Source of the DNA: Candidatus Saccharimonadia bacterium
GTDB lineage: Bacteria > Patescibacteriota > Saccharimonadia > CAILAD01 > CAZGYV01
NCBI GenBank assembly: GCA_041906885.1
Contig: JAYRII010000012.1
Location: forward strand, 94,955 to 158,954
DNA length: 64,000 nt
Reading direction: 5' to 3'
The notes under the pieces are model-generated. The model had not been told where the DNA came from. It searched no databases and saw only the letters and a list, made by a program, of their open reading frames with translations. Below are positions 56,557 to 64,000 of the stretch, piece by piece (the first letter of the stretch is position 1; each line of letters opens with the position of its first letter). The translations under genes were made by a program, and so were the position numbers.

Positions 56557-57699
56557 TTAGCTGACCTCAGGTAAATGAGGTGATTTTGTGTTATCCGGTG
56601 TGGGCTGGAGATTATTTTGATTATCATTTTTGTGAGGATTAAAAAACGCTATAATTTTATTAAATAATCCTTTAATCTGATCGCCAAAACTCGGAGCGTT
56701 ACCCGGCAAATTAGCTGATTTTACATCACTTACTGCTGCTAATTGTGGTGTGGTCTCCGTTTTTGGTAATGGTTCGATTTGTTTGGCCGTCACTATCAAT
56801 CGCTTCCAACTCGTACCTGGTGGTGTGCAAGTAATCAAAGTCAGGATTGGCTCACTAGTTTGGTTTAAAACTGAAAGATCGGTTGGTGCTACAATTTTGG
56901 TGTTGATCACCTCATAAACATACTTACGTGAAGAATAGTTGACTTGAACTTTATCTCCAACCGCGAGCTTATCGAGCAAAGCAAAGACAAATTTATAGTT
57001 ACCTGGCTCCCACCAATCATTACTTGAGTGTCCGACTATGACTACATTTCCGATCTCACCTGGTACAGCCGTACCGGCATAGTGTACAACGCCATCACGC
57101 AAAGCCACCTGTATGTTCTTCTCCTGTTGGCTAGGCTCGAGGATAAGTGGTGCTGTCGAGTTTATCTTTGGGACCGATACGATATTTTCTGGTGGTACGA
57201 CTTCCGCCTGAGGCGCACTGGCTTGCTTGGTCGAGACAGGGAGATTGATGCTCTCTTGAGCTTTGGGCGGATTAAAAAAATAATTTATCTGCGAGATAAT
57301 AACGGGAGCATTAAAAATAAGTGCAAAAACCGTAAAGCTAATCAAGCCAATACCTAAGTACTTCAGACGACGTTTAGTGGCAATCTTGTTAAGATGGAGA
57401 TTTTTAATCACTTTTTCTGACCAGGTAGACGGTTCTTTGTTTATGGCTAAATCTGAATGACTTGGGCTGTAGTCGTGCAGAGTGTTGGGCTTAATACCGC
57501 TATCGACTTTGATTTGAGGCATTGGCTCGGCTTTTGGTGGCGGAGGTGGCGGTGGACTTGGCTGTTTAATGACATTTAATAACTCATTTGCTTCTAGCTC
57601 AGCCTTGGTTGGTTTTTGGACACGACCCAAATTCGGCTGACTTGCACCGGTTCGGTCATCGATATTGAGGTTAGTGGGATTGTTATCTGAGGGATTCAT
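56557..57699 (-). CDS. sortase (transpeptidase) with Pro-rich cytoplasmic N-terminus
   Basis: VIVGHSS (His), TLITC (TLXTC Cys), conserved Arg region; TM helix. Confidence 0.8.
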   Translation of the reverse strand: MNPSDNNPTNLNIDDRTGASQPNLGRVQKPTKAELEANELLNVIKQPSPPPPPPPKAEPMPQIKVDSGIKPNTLHDYSPSHSDLAINKEPSTWSEKVIKNLHLNKIATKRRLKYLGIGLISFTVFALIFNAPVIISQINYFFNPPKAQESINLPVSTKQASAPQAEVVPPENIVSVPKINSTAPLILEPSQQEKNIQVALRDGVVHYAGTAVPGEIGNVVIVGHSSNDWWEPGNYKFVFALLDKLAVGDKVQVNYSSRKYVYEVINTKIVAPTDLSVLNQTSEPILTLITCTPPGTSWKRLIVTAKQIEPLPKTETTPQLAAVSDVKSANLPGNAPSFGDQIKGLFNKIIAFFNPHKNDNQNNLQPTPDNTKSPHLPEVS

Positions 57700-57755
57700 G
57701 CTTTAATTTCGTGATATAATCTATTATAATACAGGAGTTTTGGAGTTACAGCCAA

Positions 57756-57842
57756 GCCAGAGTGGTGGAATTGGTATACACGCATGACTCAAAATCATGT
57801 GGAGCTTGCTCCTTGTGGGTTCGAGTCCCACCTCTGGTACCA
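57756..57842 (+). tRNA. tRNA-Leu (anticodon CAA), 87 nt with long variable arm and encoded CCA
   Basis: acceptor GCCAGAG/CUCUGGU, anticodon stem CAUGA/UCAUG loop CUCAAAA, variable arm GGAGCUUGCUCC, T-arm GUGGG-UUCGAGU-CCCAC. Confidence 0.9.
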
Positions 57843-58010
57843 ACTAAAGCTCGCACGCCAGTGGGGGCTTTAGTTGGTATTTGGCGAGAACCCAAGGTTC
57901 GGTGAAGCAGAGCGCGCAGGCCAAAAGTCAAATTAATTTGATCTTTTACCGAGCACTTTGCGGAGGTCGCGTCAGCGACAGTCCCACCTCTGGTACCAAC
58001 TAAAGCTCGC
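57843..58010 (+). repeat. ~130-nt element after tRNA-Leu ending in 30-nt direct repeat (GTCCCACCTCTGGTACCAACTAAAGCTCGC, 57981..58010) of the tRNA 3' end + trailer (57825..57854)
   Basis: exact 30-nt duplication; ~75% similar to the tRNA-Glu-associated element over much of its length. Confidence 0.55.
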
Positions 58011-58034
58011 GCGTTAGACTGCAAGGTAGTTTTT

Positions 58035-58901
58035 TTAATTTTCACGATTGATTTCCATTTTGATATTATCAATTAAAGATACTGCGTCATGATGATAAGC
58101 TGATGTTACCTTAAAGATATATCCGGCTGTCATGGCTCGTTTAAAGAAATTTATATTTTTACTGCTAGAATCAGCTAGTAAGCCAGACATGAGCCCCAAT
58201 AAAACGCCTCTGCGAGCTAAAATATCAACATTGTTAGTGTCTACAATACCCATTACATCATCTCGACTGCAAACTAAAATTTGCTCCTTGTCATAAACAA
58301 TAAAGTCACTTTTGAATTTGCCTTGGAGCTCTTTAATTATATCAATTTTATTAAATACACCCCTGTCAGGACGAATCGAGACACCGATTTTTTGGTAGTT
58401 CGCTAGGTCGATCAGGCCATGTGAGCTAATTAGAAAAATCGTATTCGTGCGGTGAAATACTGTTGGGTTAAGCCTGGCCAGCCGTAGAGCCTCATCGGTA
58501 ATAATGACAGGTGAAGTACAATTTTCGAACATATAATCACAAGCGATTTGATTAGTACTATTTTGTGGCAGAAAAGGCGCCAGAACCAACAAATTAGCAT
58601 CGTCTAGCTGTGACTTTAAGATGGCTTTATTGATTTGGCCAGCTGATTGTAGCTCAATACAGGCCTTAGCCGGTACCTTGACCCCTAATTTCGATAAACC
58701 GCTTGGCACTATTAGCTCAGGATAGGCATCTAAAGCACTTAAAATCTGATAGGCTGTATCCAAATTATTTAAGCTACCAACTTCGCCACCGACTATCAAC
58801 ACAACTGGTTTGAGCATAGGGTTGATTGGCTTATCAAACAGAACCTCTGGATAAAGCATATCGCCTTTTTGATGAATAATTTTTTGACTACTAGATGACA
58901 A
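58035..58901 (-). CDS. hypothetical protein, possibly degenerate YjeF_C/carbohydrate-kinase-like fold
   Basis: weak resemblance VVLIVGGEVGS / GVLLGLMSGLLA to NAD(P)HX dehydratase motifs; true start probably internal. Confidence 0.3.
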   Translation of the reverse strand: MSSSSQKIIHQKGDMLYPEVLFDKPINPMLKPVVLIVGGEVGSLNNLDTAYQILSALDAYPELIVPSGLSKLGVKVPAKACIELQSAGQINKAILKSQLDDANLLVLAPFLPQNSTNQIACDYMFENCTSPVIITDEALRLARLNPTVFHRTNTIFLISSHGLIDLANYQKIGVSIRPDRGVFNKIDIIKELQGKFKSDFIVYDKEQILVCSRDDVMGIVDTNNVDILARRGVLLGLMSGLLADSSSKNINFFKRAMTAGYIFKVTSAYHHDAVSLIDNIKMEINREN

Positions 58902-58906
58902 AATCT

Positions 58907-59305
58907 TTAAGCTTTTATATAAATTTGGTTGAGATCTGCGGGCAAGGCTCGCATTAGCTTCGTTCTCGCCTGGGGGCTGACAACTATCTTGACAGCTTTG
59001 AAGTATGCCTTGAGTACTGTAGCGACCTCCGATTCATCAGTTAATTGGAGGGATATTTTTAGTCTCTCGACTAATGTCACTCGCTTGAATCGAGGTTGCC
59101 AATCCATTATACGGACGTAAAATTTCTGTTGACTAGGCTGTAAATATCCTGGCATTATAGAAAATAAATAGTTAGCCCTTTTAGGATCAATTGTCATATC
59201 GAGTCCGTCAGATATCAGCCTTATGACTCGCACGGCCTCATCATCACTACGCAAATTGGCATGTTGCTTGACAAGTGCAATAAAATAATCAGGAATGGGT
59301 TTCAT
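58907..59305 (-). CDS. hypothetical protein
   Basis: 132-aa ORF. Confidence 0.4.
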   Translation of the reverse strand: MKPIPDYFIALVKQHANLRSDDEAVRVIRLISDGLDMTIDPKRANYLFSIMPGYLQPSQQKFYVRIMDWQPRFKRVTLVERLKISLQLTDESEVATVLKAYFKAVKIVVSPQARTKLMRALPADLNQIYIKA

Positions 59306-59349
59306 GATTTATATATTATACAATAAGCGTGAAGATTAGTCCACTATTT

Positions 59350-59517
59350 TTATTTGTCGAAACCCTGCTTTAATGTTTCGACTTTATTTTCAGCGTTTTT
59401 AAGATAAACCTGAAGTTCTTGGGCGATTTTTATGCCATGTTCATATTTTTGCATGGCATCGTCCAGATTTATCTCAGAGCCTTCTAGGAAATTTGCAATT
59501 TCCTCAAGCTCAGACAT
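59350..59517 (-). CDS. xseB: exodeoxyribonuclease VII small subunit
   Basis: MSELEEIANFLEGSEINLDDAMQKYEHGIKI pattern; start set at internal Met to avoid 71-nt overlap with xseA. Confidence 0.7.
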   Translation of the reverse strand: MSELEEIANFLEGSEINLDDAMQKYEHGIKIAQELQVYLKNAENKVETLKQGFDK

Positions 59518-59530
59518 TTTCTTACTAAAA

Positions 59531-60769
59531 TCAAAATTTGAGTCTGGTTTGGTTGCCTTTTTGGCTCTGTGATTGTGGCCGTTTGATGCGTTGTTTGACA
59601 CCAGAGCCTCCTTTATTCAGCTTAAGTTCAACTCTTCCTTGGTATAATTGTAACACAACCAAGTCTTCAGGTTGAATTTGTTCTTCTGACATCACAACTT
59701 GACCAAGAATTGTTGCTACACTATAACCACGAGCTAAAATTGCTTTCGGGTTTAAGCTAGTTAGAACTCGCAAGAGACCGGCCAATTTGTCGGCTTGGTA
59801 GCGCAAAATCCGCTCCATGCTATGATCGTTTTGGTGCCCTAGCTCCGACAATCTGGTTTTAAACTCCCCATATCTGCGCATAAAGACGTGATTTATTCTC
59901 TCGATTTGCGTTTCGGACTGTTTAATTAGACTGATCACTGATTTTGATGATTGATTTTGTAAGCTAGTAATAGAGCTTATGACTTGAGTCATATCTGGAA
60001 CTAATCTGCGAGCGGCATCACTTGGTGTGGCTGCTCGCTGGTCGGCCGCTAGTTCAGCTAAGCTAATATCGTCTTCGTGGCCGATTCCAACCAAGCAAGG
60101 TATTTTTGAGCCGTAGACTGCTCTCACGACGTCTTCGTGATTGAAAGCCTGCAGATCCTCGGCGCTACCACCACCTCTTATCACCACTAGCACGTCAGAT
60201 TGTTCAGGATGCTCATTAAAATAGTTGATAGCGCTTACAATTTGTCTTGGCGAGTCTATACCTTGAACCTGAACTTGAGCGTGGATAATATTTAAGCCGC
60301 GCCAGCGGTCACCGACAATTTTTAGAAAATCATTGAAAGCAGCTGCCTGCTTCGACGTAACAAGGGCAATATTTTTTGGATATTGGGGTAGAGGTCGCTT
60401 GCGCTCTAAGGCAAAAAGTCCTTCACGCTCGAACTTGGCTTTTAGAATATCAAAAGCTTTTTTTACGGCTCCCTCGCCCGATAACTCAACCTCCTTAATG
60501 GTAATACTAAACTTGCCCCATTTGGTTAGATTCGGAGTGGCAGCGACTTTGACTAGCATACCGTCTTCAAGCGGGACATTTAAGTGATAAATAGGCATAA
60601 AGCAACCAATCGTACAATCCGCATCCTTCAGATCAAAAAAGACCCATTTGCCTTGATTCACCTTAAAGCTGGCAATTTCACCCTCGATAACAACTAGTGG
60701 ATAGGCAAATCCTAATGTTTGATTGATTAAGTTATTAAACTCGCTAACTGTCAGTACTTCATTTTCCAC
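59531..60769 (-). CDS. xseA: exodeoxyribonuclease VII large subunit
   Basis: OB-fold N-terminus, conserved RGGGSAEDL motif. Confidence 0.85.
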   Translation of the reverse strand: MENEVLTVSEFNNLINQTLGFAYPLVVIEGEIASFKVNQGKWVFFDLKDADCTIGCFMPIYHLNVPLEDGMLVKVAATPNLTKWGKFSITIKEVELSGEGAVKKAFDILKAKFEREGLFALERKRPLPQYPKNIALVTSKQAAAFNDFLKIVGDRWRGLNIIHAQVQVQGIDSPRQIVSAINYFNEHPEQSDVLVVIRGGGSAEDLQAFNHEDVVRAVYGSKIPCLVGIGHEDDISLAELAADQRAATPSDAARRLVPDMTQVISSITSLQNQSSKSVISLIKQSETQIERINHVFMRRYGEFKTRLSELGHQNDHSMERILRYQADKLAGLLRVLTSLNPKAILARGYSVATILGQVVMSEEQIQPEDLVVLQLYQGRVELKLNKGGSGVKQRIKRPQSQSQKGNQTRLKF

Positions 60770-61787
60770 GACTAATCTCTTGTTTCATTTTCGGCTTGTC
60801 AATCATAGATTTTTTATAGTAATACAAGCCAAGCGGTATAAACAGCCACAATGCAATTAGCCGATAAATCGTCACAACTGAGAGACTGAGCGCAAACGGC
60901 TGCCCCAGAGCCACGAAAGTGGCCACCATAGTAGCTTCATAGACACCAATGCCACCAGTGAAAAATGAAGCTAGTGAAAACACCAAAGCAATAATATAGC
61001 CTGCAATCACAACACCAGGATTTACAACTACGCCAAAAGCCAAGAACACAATATAAATCGATGTCGCCTCGAAAATAATATAGGCAATCAATGCTGTGAT
61101 TGGCTTTTTTAGCCTCAAATGATGGCTAGTGACATAATCGAGAGCATTGTAGAAGTCAGCAATAAATTTATTGATATTTTTTTCAGACAGGATGTCTCTT
61201 TTGAATTTCTTTAAGATCGCATTGACTGGCCGAGTGGCCCAAAATAAAAGCTTCTTTGATAAATCTCGAGAAAACATCAAGACGGCTGCAGCAGCACCGG
61301 CTACTATTATCACAATCAAAAATATAAGCACAATCTTGGAGCTAATTTTACCAGCTTGATTAGACATAAATAACATCAAAAAACAAAGCCCGGCAAAAAA
61401 TAAATAACAAAAGAAGCTAATCGGGTACCAGAATATTTGAGCTATTGTAACCGTCTGACTATCAACCTTATCATTGAGCTCTCTAGACATATAGGATATT
61501 CCTGAAATTCCACCAGTTGGAAAAACTGTATTGACAAAATTCATTGCCATAATCACTGGAAATAGGCGTTTGTATCTTATTTTATGATTAAAAATACCAA
61601 AAAAACCTTGGAAGTATTTGGTATTAGCCCAATAGCTTAGATATCGGATGAGTATGATCAGGCTCAAGATCCAAATGTTTAGATTTTGGATCAGATTTGT
61701 TAGATTTTGAAACTTGCCAAAATTCCGTACGAAAAGCAGACCAATAATCACCAGTGCGATAAAAAACAAAAAATGTCTTGCTTTCAT
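60759..61787 (-). CDS. UPF0104/flippase-like (LPG-synthase TM domain family) membrane protein
   Basis: 8 TM helices, family-typical layout. Confidence 0.55.
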   Translation of the reverse strand: MKARHFLFFIALVIIGLLFVRNFGKFQNLTNLIQNLNIWILSLIILIRYLSYWANTKYFQGFFGIFNHKIRYKRLFPVIMAMNFVNTVFPTGGISGISYMSRELNDKVDSQTVTIAQIFWYPISFFCYLFFAGLCFLMLFMSNQAGKISSKIVLIFLIVIIVAGAAAAVLMFSRDLSKKLLFWATRPVNAILKKFKRDILSEKNINKFIADFYNALDYVTSHHLRLKKPITALIAYIIFEATSIYIVFLAFGVVVNPGVVIAGYIIALVFSLASFFTGGIGVYEATMVATFVALGQPFALSLSVVTIYRLIALWLFIPLGLYYYKKSMIDKPKMKQEISRGK

Positions 61788-61861
61788 AATTACTCGTATT
61801 TTAGCCTATTTTCTAGCATTTTTGCCAATAATTATAAAAATCTTAAGCTATAATTAAGGCT

Positions 61862-63040
61862 ATGAAACTGGTGATTTTAGGACGAGAGACTAACTTATGT
61901 CGAGCTGAAATCGAAGCTATCGCTCAAGATGTTAGCCACTTAGATGGTGGCGTGAGCCTAGTGTCAGATGCGATTGAGCTGGATATTAATCACGCTGGCG
62001 GTATTGTTAAGATCGCTCAAGTTATTACACGAACTTCTGGCCATAAAGCAGCTACCCTAGCTAGTGATATCCAAAAGCTAGTTATCGAGTTTATAAAATC
62101 ACACCAGCTGGAGCGAAAAGTCTCGTTTGGTATTAGTCTATATGGTGATAAAATAACTTGCCAGCCTCTAATCAAGAAAAATTTGGGTCTTGGCATTAAG
62201 AAGCAGTTAGTAGCCGAGGGCATCAGTTGCCGCTACGTCATGGCCAAAAACGGCCACACTACTTCAGCTGCTCAAGTTAACTACAATAGTTTGCTCGGTC
62301 CAGGCAGTAAAGGCTTTGATTTCGTATGCTACGCCAGTCAGAAAAAGCTTATTCTTGGCTATACTACGGCCGTCCAGGACATTGCAAGCTACACCAAGCG
62401 TGATTTTAAACGACCTTGCCGTGATATGGTCACTGGTATGCTGCCGCCTAAACTGGCTCAGATAATGATCAATTTAGCTCATCTCAAAAATGGCCAAGTC
62501 ATTGTCGATCCATTTTGTGGCAGTGGTGTTATATTGCAGGAGGCGCTACTGATGGGCTATGACACCCATGGTAGTGATATGAGTGATAAAATGGTGCGCT
62601 GTAGTCAAAATAATCTAACTTGGCTAAGAGCAAATTATAAGATCGCAAGTCACTTTCGCGTCAGTCAAGCCGATGCCACCACGATCAGTACACTGCCTCA
62701 AAATTGTGCTATTGTAACCGAAGGCTATCTTGGCAAACCGTTAAGTCAAGCCATTGATGAAGCCGATTTTTTGCTTATTCAAAAAGAGCTGACCAACCTT
62801 TACCTAGTCTTCTTTGAGAATTTGTCATTACTTAAGCACCAACCTAGCATCATTGTAATAAGTCTACCTGTCTGGCGGGCTAAAACGAATATATTAACAC
62901 TCGAGATTATTGACCAAATTGAGGATTTAGGTTATACTTTAGAACAGTTTGCAGGTCAGAATGTGGCTGATTTGATTTATCTAAGAGACAATCAGTTCGT
63001 TGGCCGGCAAGTATTAGTACTTAGTAGAAAGGCAACTTAA
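61862..63040 (+). CDS. THUMP-domain RNA methyltransferase (class I SAM MTase)
   Basis: N-terminal THUMP-like region; [14 protein letters not shown] motif. Confidence 0.65.
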   Translation: MKLVILGRETNLCRAEIEAIAQDVSHLDGGVSLVSDAIELDINHAGGIVKIAQVITRTSGHKAATLASDIQKLVIEFIKSHQLERKVSFGISLYGDKITCQPLIKKNLGLGIKKQLVAEGISCRYVMAKNGHTTSAAQVNYNSLLGPGSKGFDFVCYASQKKLILGYTTAVQDIASYTKRDFKRPCRDMVTGMLPPKLAQIMINLAHLKNGQVIVDPFCGSGVILQEALLMGYDTHGSDMSDKMVRCSQNNLTWLRANYKIASHFRVSQADATTISTLPQNCAIVTEGYLGKPLSQAIDEADFLLIQKELTNLYLVFFENLSLLKHQPSIIVISLPVWRAKTNILTLEIIDQIEDLGYTLEQFAGQNVADLIYLRDNQFVGRQVLVLSRKAT

Positions 63041-63321
63041 TGTCAAAGACAAAAGCTGGAGGTTCGACTAGAAACGGCCGAGATTCTCAGGCCAATCGGC
63101 TAGGGGTCAAGCTTTTTGGCGGTCAAATCGTTAAGCCTGGCGACATCATCGTGCGTCAGCGTGGTACTAAATTCGACTGTGGCAAAAATACTGGACTAGG
63201 TGTCGATCACACAATTTATGCCAAGACTAGCGGGCAGGTAACCTTCTCGAGTGCCCGAAAAACGCTTTTTACGGGTTCAACCAAAAGAAAAACTATCGTC
63301 AGCGTCACACCCTCCCATTAA
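63040..63321 (+). CDS. rpmA: 50S ribosomal protein bL27
   Basis: [20 protein letters not shown]...[12 protein letters not shown] signature. Confidence 0.9.
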   Translation: MSKTKAGGSTRNGRDSQANRLGVKLFGGQIVKPGDIIVRQRGTKFDCGKNTGLGVDHTIYAKTSGQVTFSSARKTLFTGSTKRKTIVSVTPSH

Positions 63322-63350
63322 AAGCGTTGCATTCAAATCTAATTGCGATA

Positions 63351-63740
63351 CTACTTTTTGGTTTCTTTGATATTTAGCAACTTTTTAACTTCACTAACCA
63401 CATCATCGATTGTAGATTGTGATTTTATACAATAGCCATCTGCACCTAAAGCTTTTGCTTTATCAATATCCTTTTTCTGCGACAATGCCGATAAGACAAT
63501 AATCTTAATGTGCTTGATACCGTCGGTATTGCGCAGAATGTCAAGTACGTCGTAGCCTGAGATGCGTGGCATCATGATATCAAGCAAGATTAAATCTGCT
63601 TCATGTTTAGCAATTTTAGCTAGAGCTTCTTCGCCATTTGACGCCCAAAAAACATCAAAATCTTCTGCTTCTAGTCTAGTTTGATAAACAGACGCTAGTT
63701 CCTGGTCATCTTCAACGAGTAATATTTTATACTTTGCCAC
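63351..63740 (-). CDS. single-domain response regulator receiver
   Basis: LLVEDD...LILLDIMMP...K pattern. Confidence 0.8.
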   Translation of the reverse strand: MAKYKILLVEDDQELASVYQTRLEAEDFDVFWASNGEEALAKIAKHEADLILLDIMMPRISGYDVLDILRNTDGIKHIKIIVLSALSQKKDIDKAKALGADGYCIKSQSTIDDVVSEVKKLLNIKETKK

Positions 63741-64000
63741 CTTTGACTCCTTCTACTCTTAATATTTTGCTTTGATTTGACTGTCTAATTAACTTCGCCG
63801 CACCAATAAAGTCTCTAAATAATGGATGTGGTCGATCTGGACGTGACAGAAATTCGGGATGGAATTGGCTGCCGACATAAAATGGATGATCCGATATCTC
63901 GACTATTTCTACTAACTTGTTGTCCGGCGATGTACCGCTAATCACCAAGCCATTGTCTTGCAGAGACTGTCGGTATTTATTATTAAATTCATATCTGTGT
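63727..64000 (-). CDS. pyrG: CTP synthase, C-terminal (glutamine amidotransferase) end; gene continues beyond window
   Basis: GSQFHPEF...RPHPLF C-terminal signature; frame open to window edge. Confidence 0.8.
   Translation of the reverse strand, partial: HRYEFNNKYRQSLQDNGLVISGTSPDNKLVEIVEISDHPFYVGSQFHPEFLSRPDRPHPLFRDFIGAAKLIRQSNQSKILRVEGVKGGKV

Noticed and set aside
57746-58072. 108-aa minus-strand ORF
   Set aside because: It is antisense to tRNA-Leu and the duplicated 3'-end element and is spurious.
59034-59040. Second CUGAUGA match (minus strand) as another hammerhead
   Set aside because: There is no adjacent stem II, GAAA or stem III complement, so it is a chance heptamer inside a coding region.

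Overview
This 64-kb window comes from a low-GC, gene-dense bacterial genome. Its gene content points to a Patescibacteria/CPR organism, possibly Saccharibacteria-like; this is an inference from content, not a database hit. The pointers are a minimal dcw cluster (mraZ-rsmH-ftsL-ftsI-mraY-ftsW-murG-ftsQ, with no mur ligases or ftsA/ftsZ in the window), a short AspRS without the GAD insertion, three single-domain receiver proteins, and a sortase plus type-IV-pilin-like genes. I can support about 60 protein genes, including cell-division, wall-synthesis, aaRS, topA/dprA and xseAB housekeeping genes, and two tRNAs (Glu-CUC on the minus strand and Leu-CAA on the plus strand). I saw no rRNA and no CRISPR array. 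The main hunt results are: (1) A textbook type III hammerhead ribozyme (minus strand, 5875..5930) sits in the 3' UTR of a GC-richer hypothetical ORF, next to a strong GC hairpin and a direct-repeat array upstream of glyQS. (2) Two mutually homologous ~135-140-nt elements each sit immediately downstream of a tRNA gene. Each is bounded by a 19-30-nt direct duplication of that tRNA's 3' end, like a miniature att-site scar. (3) A 34-45 kb envelope and surface region carries a SipW-like signal peptidase next to a TasA/camelysin-like protein. It also carries a processive GT2 synthase, a 58-aa LPXTG-motif peptide and a CBM-CE4 deacetylase (a PNAG-like exopolysaccharide module), plus three very large pseudopilins. 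(4) dprA, topA, a sigma70-region-4/HARE-HTH protein and a VirD4-like membrane ATPase lie as a co-oriented string. (5) A candidate ~200-nt structured sRNA with its own promoter and terminator lies in the dprA-pth intergenic region. (6) A GTGGG-N5-GTGGG MraZ-box operator lies upstream of mraZ.
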